Shown piece after piece: positions 44,912 to 54,118 of a stretch of 57,749 nucleotides of DNA. Where the stretch lies: the IMG/VR virus record IMGVR_UViG_3300030037_000004, positions 1 through 57,749 of that record. One strand, 5' to 3'. Each line of letters opens with the position of its first letter. The first letter of the stretch is position 1. The notes below the pieces were generated by a model. It saw only the letters and a program-made list of their open reading frames with translations, made no database searches and was not told the origin of the DNA. Made by a program: the position numbers and the translations under genes. Source of the DNA: a virus. Lineage: Duplodnaviria > Caudoviricetes.

Positions 44912-46483
44912 CTAGCTCCAAGCCTCGTAGCTCATGCCACCTTCAGCGAAACCTATAATGGCAGCATCGGCAACATTGTCAGCAAAGTCATCATGTCCTG
45001 TTGAGGAACCAAACTCTGACTGACCTACAAGTTCAAGGATCATATGTTCTAAGTGTTCATGTACAGCCGGTAAGACAATCTCACCTGACTTTAGGTAGGG
45101 TATAGCATTAAGGAAGCGAGTGAACTTGTCATTGGCTGTTGTGCCATCTCTAGCTACTGGCTCGACTGTTACCGTACCATCTTCCATGAACTGTTGATTC
45201 AAGAACAAGCCAGAAGACTTATCCTCCATATGAAGTGCAGTAGGTCGTATCCTTGTTGCGTTTGGGTTCCACTTTTGATGCTTATCCCAGAAGTCTCTCA
45301 TCTGTCTAATAAGCTCAGGCACAGTCCACTTACCGAGTATTACATCTAATAGGTAAAGCCTTCCATCCTGGTGCATCCCCCATACGCAAGCTACTGTGTA
45401 ATCTGAGTAGGTCTTGGTAGTGGAGGCTGTATCAGCGGTCATGAAAGCAAACCTGATCTTGCTAAGGTCTAGCTTTTCATAGAGAGCAATGTCTTCCCTT
45501 GTGATAGAGACTTTACCTTTACCGATAGGACTCCCCATGTACTGGCTGTAGAATGTATAGGCATCCTTCATGCGCATGGTTTGCAGAGTCTTAATGTTCT
45601 TACGCTTAGGCCAGAAGCTAGACTCACCAAACTCATCGAAAGCTTCAGGTGGTCGCTCTAGGTCGTACAGGATAGGTTCGACATGTGTATAGCCAAACTT
45701 CTTTATCTCTGCATCGTAGTAAGCTTGACTGCCCGTTTCCTTGGTTATGATGCCAGGAATGTTCAGCCATTTATATATGGAGCCATCGCCGCCTTTCATG
45801 AGGTAGCCACATAGGTCATCTGCATTCAGTCGTTGCATGATAATCACTAGAGGTGTCTCTTCAGTAGCAAGACGGGACAGCAAAACGTTTTGGTAGCGGT
45901 TGTTACTCTTCTCACGTTCGGTCGGTGAGTTGGCATCATCTGGCTTGAGGTAATCATCAATACAGAATAGACCAGAGAAAGAACCTTCTACAAGCGTGCC
46001 AGCACCTTTACCAGTCATCTTACCTGTGGGTGGTATCGCATGTAGAACCCCTGCACTCTCGGTGCCAAGCTTCTCCACGGACTTCTTCATCTTATCAATG
46101 ACCACATCTGGGAAGACGCGTTCGAAGTCGGGGTCGCTCATTATGGCACGTATGTAGCCTGCACTCTCTGCAAGTACATCAGTGTTAAACCCAGTAAGGA
46201 TAGTCTGGGCACAGGGGTTGACGCACCAAGCATACAACGGAAGCATTTGGGAGACGATTAGTGTCTTGCCTGCTCGCGGTGGTATGTTTATTATCATTCT
46301 AGGTGTCTCTTGATCTATCAGCTCTTGTATGGCTGTGAACAGGACATCATAGTAATCGACATAAACAAGCTTGGCACCTGTTAGTACTCTGAAGCAAAAG
46401 GATGAAAACTTCTTGAAGTCACTTAGTAGCAACTCACGTAAAGCATCAACCTCATGGTTCTCTAATGAATCTATGTAGCTCAT
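44912..46483 (-). CDS. terL: Terminase large subunit
   Basis: Walker A IINIPPRAGKT, Walker B CIDD..KP, IMQRL, nuclease DTA...DYT and HDDFAD. Confidence 0.95.
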   Translation of the reverse strand: MSYIDSLENHEVDALRELLLSDFKKFSSFCFRVLTGAKLVYVDYYDVLFTAIQELIDQETPRMIINIPPRAGKTLIVSQMLPLYAWCVNPCAQTILTGFNTDVLAESAGYIRAIMSDPDFERVFPDVVIDKMKKSVEKLGTESAGVLHAIPPTGKMTGKGAGTLVEGSFSGLFCIDDYLKPDDANSPTEREKSNNRYQNVLLSRLATEETPLVIIMQRLNADDLCGYLMKGGDGSIYKWLNIPGIITKETGSQAYYDAEIKKFGYTHVEPILYDLERPPEAFDEFGESSFWPKRKNIKTLQTMRMKDAYTFYSQYMGSPIGKGKVSITREDIALYEKLDLSKIRFAFMTADTASTTKTYSDYTVACVWGMHQDGRLYLLDVILGKWTVPELIRQMRDFWDKHQKWNPNATRIRPTALHMEDKSSGLFLNQQFMEDGTVTVEPVARDGTTANDKFTRFLNAIPYLKSGEIVLPAVHEHLEHMILELVGQSEFGSSTGHDDFADNVADAAIIGFAEGGMSYEAWS

Positions 46484-46491
46484 GGTACTCC

Positions 46492-46938
46492 TTAGGAGTC
46501 CAAGAATGCTGATAGAATGTCATTAGCTCCTTCTTTGGACACCAGTATAATGGCAGCTTGGCCAGTGACTTGTTGTCCTTTGGCTTCAGCAATTAAGCGT
46601 GAAATTTCTTGCGAGATCTTGATAGCGGCATTTACATCAGGAAGTAGTTGTATCTCGTTACCTTCCTCATCTTCCTGTCCTCTACCTAAGGCTGTCTCTT
46701 GTAACTCAACCATCTGCAAGATACGTTCTGTAATGTGCAAGCCAGCCTCGCCTAACTTCTCTGCTAACAACTCAGTATACCTTGCACGTATGGCAGGGTC
46801 TTGCTGGATTGCTCGCTTGAGGCTCATTAGGTTATGGTTTAAGTGCTGGCGGGATACTAGCTTGAGGTTGCCGTTGTGAGCTGCCATCAGTTGAGCTATC
46901 TGCTCTGACTCGTGGCTTATGCTTATTAGGTCGGTCAA
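46492..46938 (-). CDS. Putative terminase small subunit
   Basis: Helical 148 aa protein directly upstream of terL. Confidence 0.6.
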   Translation of the reverse strand: MTDLISISHESEQIAQLMAAHNGNLKLVSRQHLNHNLMSLKRAIQQDPAIRARYTELLAEKLGEAGLHITERILQMVELQETALGRGQEDEEGNEIQLLPDVNAAIKISQEISRLIAEAKGQQVTGQAAIILVSKEGANDILSAFLDS

Positions 46939-47074
46939 GTATCTTCTCCAAGTTACTAAAGGTGCCTTGGCTCCTATGTGGGTTGTGTAGTGACTCTACA
47001 ATGTCGTCGATAGCATCAGGGTCGTCCTGGCGCTTACCAAACAGTTCGTGTATCTCTTCATCCCATGATGACAT
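46832..47074 (-). CDS. Hypothetical protein (80 aa)
   Basis: AGGAG RBS; first gene of the late region. Confidence 0.6.
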   Translation of the reverse strand: MSSWDEEIHELFGKRQDDPDAIDDIVESLHNPHRSQGTFSNLEKILDRPNKHKPRVRADSSTDGSSQRQPQASIPPALKP

Positions 47075-47090
47075 GAGTTTATTCTCCTAA

Positions 47091-47130
47091 ACTAAACAGT
47101 ACTAGATAGTACTAGATAGAACTAAACAGT
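47091..47130. repeat. Four tandem 10 bp units (ACTARAYAGW) next to an AT-rich tract
   Basis: actaaacagt actagatagt actagataga actaaacagt. Confidence 0.9.
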
Positions 47131-47180
47131 TAATAATAACTAATAATAAATAATTAAAGACAAATCCTAAGTACTGGAGT

Positions 47181-47205
47181 GCTACCGCGCTTCGCTTGCT
47201 TTAAA
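47181..47205. repeat. 25 bp element, exact inverted copy of 14840-14864
   Basis: GCTACCGCGCTTCGCTTGCTTTAAA. Confidence 0.95.
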
Positions 47206-47310
47206 AGACTTAAAGAAACCCCCCTTACCCCCCATGACTTTTGAGAGACCCTTATCAATAGCACAAGTCTCACATACATTTTTGGCAAATATCCACGGGG
47301 GACTAAGGCT

Positions 47311-49170
47311 CTAGACGAAAAACTTTTCTAGATTGACCATGCTCTCTGGAGTCCAATCTCCAAGCCCCGTTACAGGCCCTAAATCGACCTCATACTTGGC
47401 TTCCCAATAGACCTTTAGCTCCTGCATATAGTTCCTTGAGTACAGCTCTATGAAGCAATCAACGATCAGACGGTACAATTCGGGTCTGTAATTTACATGT
47501 GTGGCAAAGGAATCATGAATGAAAACCATGGGTATACCAAGCAAGTCCATCTTCCTGGCTACCATGCGCAGGTGAGTAGCATCCAAGCTGTGTATGATGT
47601 TAGGTGCTATGGCTGACCTGTGCTTACGTGAACAAGGTAGCCGCTCGCTAAAGTCTTTGATCTGCAATTGGAACTCTTCACCATTGCTTAGCTTACATGC
47701 TAGTACCTTCTTAACTCCAGCCACCTTACGCTGTACACAGTTGAAGCCATCAGGTGTTATCCACTCAATGTCAACATTGCCAGCTTTGGCTATGGTAGCA
47801 GCAGCATCACTCACCCAACCGACAGCCTCAGACAGTTCGCCCAAGGTCTCATTAAGACTCTCATAGACTTCCTTGCCTAACTGGAAAGTTTCAGCACGCT
47901 CCAGCCCATCATCCTTATACACATACTTCTCTTCATCTACATCCCAGTACGAGGTAGCACCAAACAAGCTGGCCATATGATCAGCACTGGTTACCATCTT
48001 GGCATTGTATCCCCAAGTCATGACAGGGATCTTAGCCGCCTTCCTTGTAGCATAGTGCTTCTTGTCATCAGGTAGGGTTTGCTTCCACTTGTCTGCAATG
48101 TACTCATAGATGTCTAGGTCGTGCGCTTCCTCATGCATCCCAATGTGGCGGGTAATGGCATTCGAACGGGTTAAAGCGCTCCAGTGTTGCAGCCCTGAAC
48201 AACGCCCGTCTAGCGGTATAAAGGCTGGCAGGGGGCGATTCTTATCAATGTGGTACTCAGCTATCAGTTTTGCATTAGCGAGGTAACAGAAGGGCTTATC
48301 AGCCGTGTGCCACTCGTCAACGTACTTGCCTGGTTCACTGGCGTGCATCCACATTTGCTCAACAGACCACTCCTGTTCTGAATAGCCTTCGGTAGCCTCC
48401 AGCAGAGCGGCATATCCCACTTCTGAGAGGACTTGGGCATAACTTGGTATCAATAGTGCTTTCTCGTGATCGGCACCCTGAGGGCTAACACCGCAAGTCG
48501 TAGTCACATACATACGAGAGCGGGAGTCTAGGAAGTAAGGGAAACGGAATGCCTCTTCCTCAAGTACCTTTGCACTAGCTATGGTTCGCTGGTACATGCA
48601 AGACTTTACAATGTCCTTGGTAGCCTTGGGATACTTCTCTAGGTTCTCTTGTACAAACCTGTTAACAGTAAATTGTTCCTGTGCCATACGCTTAACTACA
48701 GCCGAAGTACGGATATTCTCATGACTCCTTATGCCACCACGGACAGCTATGTACGTACTTAGGTAGTCCTTGCCTACTATACGAGGCATGGTTACGGCAG
48801 AATCTGGGCCTACTACCTCACAGATTTTGAGCTTAAGTAGCTTACGGGTAGCCTCTACAGTGCGTTTATTAAAACCTGTAATGATTCTAACGTATCCTTG
48901 TAGCTCTAACTCGCCCATGAAGCGTAACGCCACAAGCATAGGTTGGTCAGCCTCCAGCATCTTCTTAGCCATAGCTGGTACTAACGTGTGCAATTCTGTG
49001 CCAAACAAGGCATGGAGTGAGAACAAGCAGTGTGTATAACAGCGTTGCCAGACTTCCCACTTCATCTTATCCCAACGGCGCTGGTTAACATCATCAAATC
49101 TAGTAATACCAGCCGCCCTTGCTGGCCTGGGTAGCTCAATGCCACCCTCCAGCTCTATCATTCCTACCAT
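47311..49170 (-). CDS. Single-subunit DNA-dependent RNA polymerase 2 (T7-like, 619 aa)
   Basis: LDSRSRMY, motif A PLDGRCSGLQHW, motif B RKAAKIPVMTWGY, WITPDGF, APNIIHSLDATH, motif C IHDSF. Confidence 0.95.
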   Translation of the reverse strand: MVGMIELEGGIELPRPARAAGITRFDDVNQRRWDKMKWEVWQRCYTHCLFSLHALFGTELHTLVPAMAKKMLEADQPMLVALRFMGELELQGYVRIITGFNKRTVEATRKLLKLKICEVVGPDSAVTMPRIVGKDYLSTYIAVRGGIRSHENIRTSAVVKRMAQEQFTVNRFVQENLEKYPKATKDIVKSCMYQRTIASAKVLEEEAFRFPYFLDSRSRMYVTTTCGVSPQGADHEKALLIPSYAQVLSEVGYAALLEATEGYSEQEWSVEQMWMHASEPGKYVDEWHTADKPFCYLANAKLIAEYHIDKNRPLPAFIPLDGRCSGLQHWSALTRSNAITRHIGMHEEAHDLDIYEYIADKWKQTLPDDKKHYATRKAAKIPVMTWGYNAKMVTSADHMASLFGATSYWDVDEEKYVYKDDGLERAETFQLGKEVYESLNETLGELSEAVGWVSDAAATIAKAGNVDIEWITPDGFNCVQRKVAGVKKVLACKLSNGEEFQLQIKDFSERLPCSRKHRSAIAPNIIHSLDATHLRMVARKMDLLGIPMVFIHDSFATHVNYRPELYRLIVDCFIELYSRNYMQELKVYWEAKYEVDLGPVTGLGDWTPESMVNLEKFFV

Positions 49171-49916
49171 TACAATGCCTTAGTGTCGAATGCCTCCTCA
49201 TCCTTATCGGTACGGAAGTGCATGAATTTAACTGCATAACGGAACTTGCCCGTCTCATACAGTTCTTTATAGCTAACTTGCATGAGTTTGCCCACGTGCT
49301 GTTGTGGATTTACCCATAGCTCCTTACGCAAAGCCTCTGTGAAAGCGGTGACCTTACCATAAGCAGTATCGAAACCACCCAGTTGACCCTTGAGGTTGCC
49401 CTTAACATCCTTCTGCTCGAACCAACCAGTGACTCTAACATCAGCAGTCAGGGTAGGTTTATGCCTGTACCAGCGACCATTGTTGCGTATGATCAGACCT
49501 TCATAGCCTTTAGATACAGCGCCTTCCATCAACTGGTCAGCCTCTTCCTTGCCCAAGTCCCTGATCATAGCTAAAGTCAAGCGAGGATCTGCACCTTCAG
49601 GATGGTAGTTAAGAGGGAACACATCAGCAGTACCTACCAACATTTCAGGGTTGTGCTTGTTCAGGTTGCCATTAATGAAATGAAAGTTACAGCCACGTCT
49701 GTACAGCTCACAGTCACCAAAGTGCCGTATCTTGTTCAAACCCTCAGGAGTTACAAACTTTTCCAAGCCTGGTGGTACCTTGTTATTGCGGGTAACTATC
49801 TTGCCTTCTCTATGAAGCAAGCGCACACCGTCAATCTTCCGTTCGATGCGGGAAATCCCCTTTAGCTTTTGACCAGTGTAAGTTAGCGCCTTAGTGAAAT
49901 CAGTTCGACGGGACAC
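49170..49916 (-). CDS. Minimal ATP-dependent DNA ligase (~248 aa)
   Basis: KIDGVR, EGLIIR, C-terminal OB-fold F..FR.DK; GTG start at 49916 after GGAG. Confidence 0.88.
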   Translation of the reverse strand: MSRRTDFTKALTYTGQKLKGISRIERKIDGVRLLHREGKIVTRNNKVPPGLEKFVTPEGLNKIRHFGDCELYRRGCNFHFINGNLNKHNPEMLVGTADVFPLNYHPEGADPRLTLAMIRDLGKEEADQLMEGAVSKGYEGLIIRNNGRWYRHKPTLTADVRVTGWFEQKDVKGNLKGQLGGFDTAYGKVTAFTEALRKELWVNPQQHVGKLMQVSYKELYETGKFRYAVKFMHFRTDKDEEAFDTKAL

Positions 49917-50229
49917 GGCCTTTCTCCAGTTCGTTATCAAACTCAGCTTGCTTCTGTTCAACGACAAAAGCCTTGCCACGGTTAAAGAATACATTGGCGA
50001 TACCCAAGCAAGCAGCAGCCCCGATATGGATAACGTTCTTGGCAACACCATCTTCAGTAGTGAATATAGCCAAGCCTGTAGGAGTGCCGGCGATTTCTAG
50101 AGTGTTGGTTTGACCTTCTAGAATAGCTGTTTCTACCTTACCCATAAGATCTTCTTCGAACACATGCTCGCCTTGCAGATCAGTTAATGGTAGTACTTCT
50201 AAGTCGTCAAGGTTGATTGTCTTTGACAT
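49900..50229 (-). CDS. Hypothetical protein (109 aa)
   Basis: ORF in the gene string. Confidence 0.7.
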   Translation of the reverse strand: MSKTINLDDLEVLPLTDLQGEHVFEEDLMGKVETAILEGQTNTLEIAGTPTGLAIFTTEDGVAKNVIHIGAAACLGIANVFFNRGKAFVVEQKQAEFDNELEKGRVPSN

Positions 50230-50384
50230 AATTGTTTGTGCCTTGTTGCTGTAATGTACGATGAAGCGCCAGGATGAGCATCCATGACACCTTGTAATGT
50301 TTCGGAAACTTGATTGTATGAGACAGGTCTACTGGCCCCACCAGTACAAGCTTTACCGTTTTGATCTAGTGCGAGCCAGTACAT
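50199..50384 (-). CDS. Hypothetical protein (61 aa)
   Basis: AGGAG RBS. Confidence 0.6.
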   Translation of the reverse strand: MYWLALDQNGKACTGGASRPVSYNQVSETLQGVMDAHPGASSYITATRHKQLCQRQSTLTT

Positions 50385-50385
50385 C

Positions 50386-51153
50386 TTAATACTCCTGCAT
50401 TAATCTCTCAAGAGAGGTGAATAGTACGTCATGATCAAGGTAGCCATACCGATTAGTGAATGCTTTTAGATGTACAAAGCCTCTCTTCTCAGTGTTGTTA
50501 GCCCCTCGGTAGCCTTCATCATCAATATAGAAAGCGCCAGCACACACACCGAAGTGCGGTTTACCTAGAAGGTTCTGGCGTGTACCCATCTGATACTGTT
50601 GTTGATGCCCATGTACGAACGAGTGTGGGAATTTATTCAGTTTATTCTCTATGCTCCCACCTACTGGACGGCCTGACTGTGCGGCAGCTAGATAATGCAC
50701 AAAGCAAATATCATGAATGAACAAAGGTTTTAGGAAGTCATGCACTTCCCAACCCTCTCGCTCAATAAAGCCATCAATATCAATCAGTCCTTCCAGCACA
50801 GGGTTGTTCTCGATATACCTATCCAGCCTATTCTCATGGTTGCCCTTGATGAAATGTAGCTGGGGTCGGTACACGCTTGCCTTCTTGCTTTTACTATTAC
50901 GTTCTCTTGAGTAATCCATTATAAGTTGTAGTGCCCGCTCGCCTCCTGCAAGATCGTTGACAAGCCTTCTACCTTCAGACTCCAACACGCTGGCATAAGA
51001 GGATAAGGATTCAAAGTCCCAGTGATCACCTATGTGGATGATCGTACCTGGCTTATGTTTCCAGATATACCGAGCTAATGATTCCAGATGTCTTGTGTCA
51101 GATGTGTTGCTGACTTGGGTGTCTGCTATAACTAAAACGTCATACTCTTTCAT
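50386..51153 (-). CDS. Metallophosphoesterase (calcineurin-like)
   Basis: IADTQ, IGDHWD, GNHE, HGH motifs. Confidence 0.9.
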   Translation of the reverse strand: MKEYDVLVIADTQVSNTSDTRHLESLARYIWKHKPGTIIHIGDHWDFESLSSYASVLESEGRRLVNDLAGGERALQLIMDYSRERNSKSKKASVYRPQLHFIKGNHENRLDRYIENNPVLEGLIDIDGFIEREGWEVHDFLKPLFIHDICFVHYLAAAQSGRPVGGSIENKLNKFPHSFVHGHQQQYQMGTRQNLLGKPHFGVCAGAFYIDDEGYRGANNTEKRGFVHLKAFTNRYGYLDHDVLFTSLERLMQEY

Positions 51154-51154
51154 G

Positions 51155-51541
51155 CTATACCTTTTTCTTTCGACGAACTACACGCTTCTTAGGCTTTTGC
51201 TTGCCCTTCTCGTGATCGAAAGTTGGGTGAACGTAATTGGTAGGGTTTGCATCGTAGTGACGCAAGTAATCTACCAGACGGAGAAGCCACTCAGTTGTGT
51301 CTGTCTTGACCATGTGGTCTTTAGGAACACGCCTGCGTACTGCTTCCATCATTAAGCCCTCTGCTATGTTACAGAAATTACAGAGAACTCCTCTTAAACG
51401 ACCGTTCTTGTGGTCGTGGTCTAGAGTGGGGCGACCGATCGCCAGCCTTTCTTTACACAGCGCACATCTATGCTGTTGCTTGGCACCTATGGCGGCTCGG
51501 TATTGTGCTATTTGAGATGTCTTAACAAGTACTATGCTCAT
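51155..51541 (-). CDS. Endonuclease VII-family Holliday junction resolvase
   Basis: CALC, LDHDH..G.LRGVLC..CN..EG. Confidence 0.92.
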   Translation of the reverse strand: MSIVLVKTSQIAQYRAAIGAKQQHRCALCKERLAIGRPTLDHDHKNGRLRGVLCNFCNIAEGLMMEAVRRRVPKDHMVKTDTTEWLLRLVDYLRHYDANPTNYVHPTFDHEKGKQKPKKRVVRRKKKV

Positions 51542-52520
51542 CAGTGAAGATCTGCCCAGTCTTAATATTCATGTACTCGTCACGGCTATCACAAGTCCAG
51601 CGCTTTATCATGCCGGTTTCCTTGTCAAAGTCGCGTACCATGAATAGTAGGTTCGCTTGGTTCTCCCACATTTCTCTGAAGTTCTCTCCAAAGCGTGCTT
51701 GGTATTCTGATCCTACAGCTTGGTTCATTGCTGCAATCTTCTGCTCATCCGTGGCACTTGCTCCAGCACCCATCACAGCCGACGATATGATCTTGATAGC
51801 CTGTTTAGGCCCAACACCTTGTCGGAGGATACGTACATTGCCCTTGTTCGGCCCAGACTTAGTTACAACTGGCCCGCGTATACCACAACCAATAATGTTA
51901 TCAGCCCCGTCTCCAGTCAGCATTTGCAAGTAGAAGCCTGCTTCGCCTGTGAAGTATACCTTCTTGCCCATGTCCCAGAGTTCACCGATGCCAGAGATTT
52001 CTACCAACTGGCGAGTATGTTCATCCAAGTGAGTCCCAACTAGTTGTCGGAGATCCTTGTCAGTGCTCCAAAGAATTTTAGTCTCGTCAAAGTAAATGGC
52101 AAGCAGGTCATCCGCTTCCAAGAACTCTTCGTAGATAGCATTCAGGTTAACCTTACACCACTTCTTAATGAAGGTTAGGTTGACTGGTCTGTCCTCATCC
52201 TTACGGTTGGCCTTATAGTCATCAACAATGAAGTCTCTGAAGTTGGTCTTGGTAGTGATGAAGAATTGGTAAGATGTGCAGCCAGACTGTACTAGCATCT
52301 CATTGATATGGCGCTTGATTAGGCCGACAGTCTTAGCTCGTGCCACGTCAGTATCTTCATTGAATACACAGCATGGCTTGTACAAGAGTATATCGCCATC
52401 AATAAGTAGGGTCTTGCCATTACCAAACGGGTCATCCGCGTTCAGTTCTTCAAGCTCTACCTCAGGCTCGTGTATCCAGCCTGTATTATTTTGTTCTGGA
52501 TCTATTTCGTTATCAAACAT
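51522..52520 (-). CDS. 5'-3' exonuclease (T7 gp6-like)
   Basis: LIDGD, YKANR, EADD, DKDLRQ, GD..DNI.G. Confidence 0.92.
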   Translation of the reverse strand: MFDNEIDPEQNNTGWIHEPEVELEELNADDPFGNGKTLLIDGDILLYKPCCVFNEDTDVARAKTVGLIKRHINEMLVQSGCTSYQFFITTKTNFRDFIVDDYKANRKDEDRPVNLTFIKKWCKVNLNAIYEEFLEADDLLAIYFDETKILWSTDKDLRQLVGTHLDEHTRQLVEISGIGELWDMGKKVYFTGEAGFYLQMLTGDGADNIIGCGIRGPVVTKSGPNKGNVRILRQGVGPKQAIKIISSAVMGAGASATDEQKIAAMNQAVGSEYQARFGENFREMWENQANLLFMVRDFDKETGMIKRWTCDSRDEYMNIKTGQIFTDEHSTC

Positions 52521-52649
52521 TTAAACCTCGTCGAATGACAGTAAGTCACCCTCTGCAAAATCTTCAGCCTGTTGCCTAGCATCAGACTCAGTATAGGCAG
52601 TGATGTAAGTCATCTTCCCGCCATGTGTTACTACTCTCCATTGTCGCAT
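52521..52649 (-). CDS. Small hypothetical protein (42 aa, MRQWRVVTHGG...)
   Basis: Below the ORF-track cutoff; GAGG RBS; stop abuts the exonuclease ATG. Confidence 0.65.
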   Translation of the reverse strand: MRQWRVVTHGGKMTYITAYTESDARQQAEDFAEGDLLSFDEV

Positions 52650-52665
52650 GATACAAACCTCAGTT

Positions 52666-52688
52666 GCCTGCCCCATTACAGGACAGGC
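52666..52688 (-). promoter_or_regulatory. Hairpin after the SSB-like gene
   Basis: GCCUGUCCUG-UAA-UGGGGCAGGC. Confidence 0.55.
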
Positions 52689-52697
52689 TAGTACTAC

Positions 52698-53381
52698 TTA
52701 TAGATCAGGAATTTCATCATTGAACTCGGCATCAGCTTCAGTGTTAACTGCTTCTGGATCGACTTCTTGAAGTTCTTCTACGCCAAACGCTGACTCATCC
52801 ATCTCAGCACTTCCACCAACGAATGGTACAAGGTGAGTAACACAGATGCCTACAGGATAGCAGTATACGCCGTGATCGTTTTCGACAGGATTGAACTGGA
52901 AATGCCCACGTGTGCCATGGCCGATGTTGGTATCCATTGCGATAGTGTGTGCAGGAACTGACTTGTCCTGTACTCCACCCATGATGCCAATAACCTTGAT
53001 AGCTTTAGACGGCTTGCGAGTAGTTAGCTTGGGGTTGCGAGGATCTTCGAAAGCCTTACCAGACAATACAGACTGGGTAAACTTAATCATGATCATCTCT
53101 TCCTCAGGTAGAGGGATGCCCCACTGCTCAACGCAATCTTCAGGCTCAAACTCTTTAACGTTAGGGAAGTTCTTAGCAGTAGGAAACTGCTTCTTCAATG
53201 CCTTAAAGCGAGTACGTGAGATGAGTATCTTGACTTCATAGCCATGGAATTCATCAGCGTGGTCTGACTTGTGCGGCTTGTTTTCCTTGTTAAGCTGCTT
53301 CTTCTTGTACGTTGTAGATGTGTATACGAAGATAACATCTTTAAGAGTTTGTAACGTGCCTTTCTGTTCTGTATCTGACAT
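52698..53381 (-). CDS. Putative single-stranded DNA-binding protein (gp2.5-like)
   Basis: IGHGT.G (cf. IGNGS), acidic C-terminal tail, replication module, strong RBS. Confidence 0.65.
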   Translation of the reverse strand: MSDTEQKGTLQTLKDVIFVYTSTTYKKKQLNKENKPHKSDHADEFHGYEVKILISRTRFKALKKQFPTAKNFPNVKEFEPEDCVEQWGIPLPEEEMIMIKFTQSVLSGKAFEDPRNPKLTTRKPSKAIKVIGIMGGVQDKSVPAHTIAMDTNIGHGTRGHFQFNPVENDHGVYCYPVGICVTHLVPFVGGSAEMDESAFGVEELQEVDPEAVNTEADAEFNDEIPDL

Positions 53382-53451
53382 GGTATTTCCTTTATTTATA
53401 GGTGATTTATAGTGTGTGGTAGTCCACCAGCCAACATACGGTAGTGTATGA

Positions 53452-53883
53452 TTAGTTCAGGCTTGCTACACCTGTGCTTCCAAAGCCACCATCTCTAACA
53501 AGGGTAGGATCAACTTCGTGATCGGCCTTCTTGATAGGCATGATAACTCCTTGAGCGATACGTTCACCGGCTTCCCAGAAGAACACATCATTACCAGAGT
53601 TGTACAAGATAACTCCGATGTCGTGCCTGTAGTCTGAATCAATCAAACCAGCAAGCAAGATAAGGCCAAACTTGTTCGCATGTCCAGAGCGTGCAAATAA
53701 CTGCAAGCACTCGTCGTCACGCGCATAGTTTGGGTCTAGGGTGATGCCTGTCTTGATGAGTATGCGCCCACCAGCAACAAGACACCCTGCATTTAGTGCT
53801 TCGAAGTCATAGCCAGCACTGCCGTCAGTAGCTCTAACAGGTAATGCAGCTTTGGAATTCGGATCTAGCTTTATGAATCGCAT
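53452..53883 (-). CDS. dut: dUTPase (trimeric)
   Basis: SAGYD, RSG, GLIDSDYR, ERIAQ, RDGGFGSTG. Confidence 0.96.
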   Translation of the reverse strand: MRFIKLDPNSKAALPVRATDGSAGYDFEALNAGCLVAGGRILIKTGITLDPNYARDDECLQLFARSGHANKFGLILLAGLIDSDYRHDIGVILYNSGNDVFFWEAGERIAQGVIMPIKKADHEVDPTLVRDGGFGSTGVASLN

Positions 53884-54118
53884 CCCCTGTCTCCTCGGTC
53901 ATTGTCACAGGGAAGTAAGAACCAGCCCACTCCTCTACTGTGTCCTTGTCCAGCGTCATGCCAACCAGCATAGGAGCTACAAACAAGAACTCATTAGTGC
54001 AGCGCTCTACAGCTTCGGACTCGGTATGGTACAAGCCAATGAACGTCCAAGGGCCAACACCATCACGTGCCTGTGCTTCGATAGTTGTTTTACCAACAAA
54101 ATACATCATTATGAACAT
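53834..54118 (-). CDS. Hypothetical protein (94 aa)
   Basis: ORF between RNR and dUTPase. Confidence 0.6.
   Translation of the reverse strand: MFIMMYFVGKTTIEAQARDGVGPWTFIGLYHTESEAVERCTNEFLFVAPMLVGMTLDKDTVEEWAGSYFPVTMTEETGDAIHKARSEFQSCITC

Noticed and set aside
52584-52597. T7-like promoter AGACTCAGTATAGG on the plus strand
   Set aside because: Single copy, inside a small CDS and facing against all genes; likely chance
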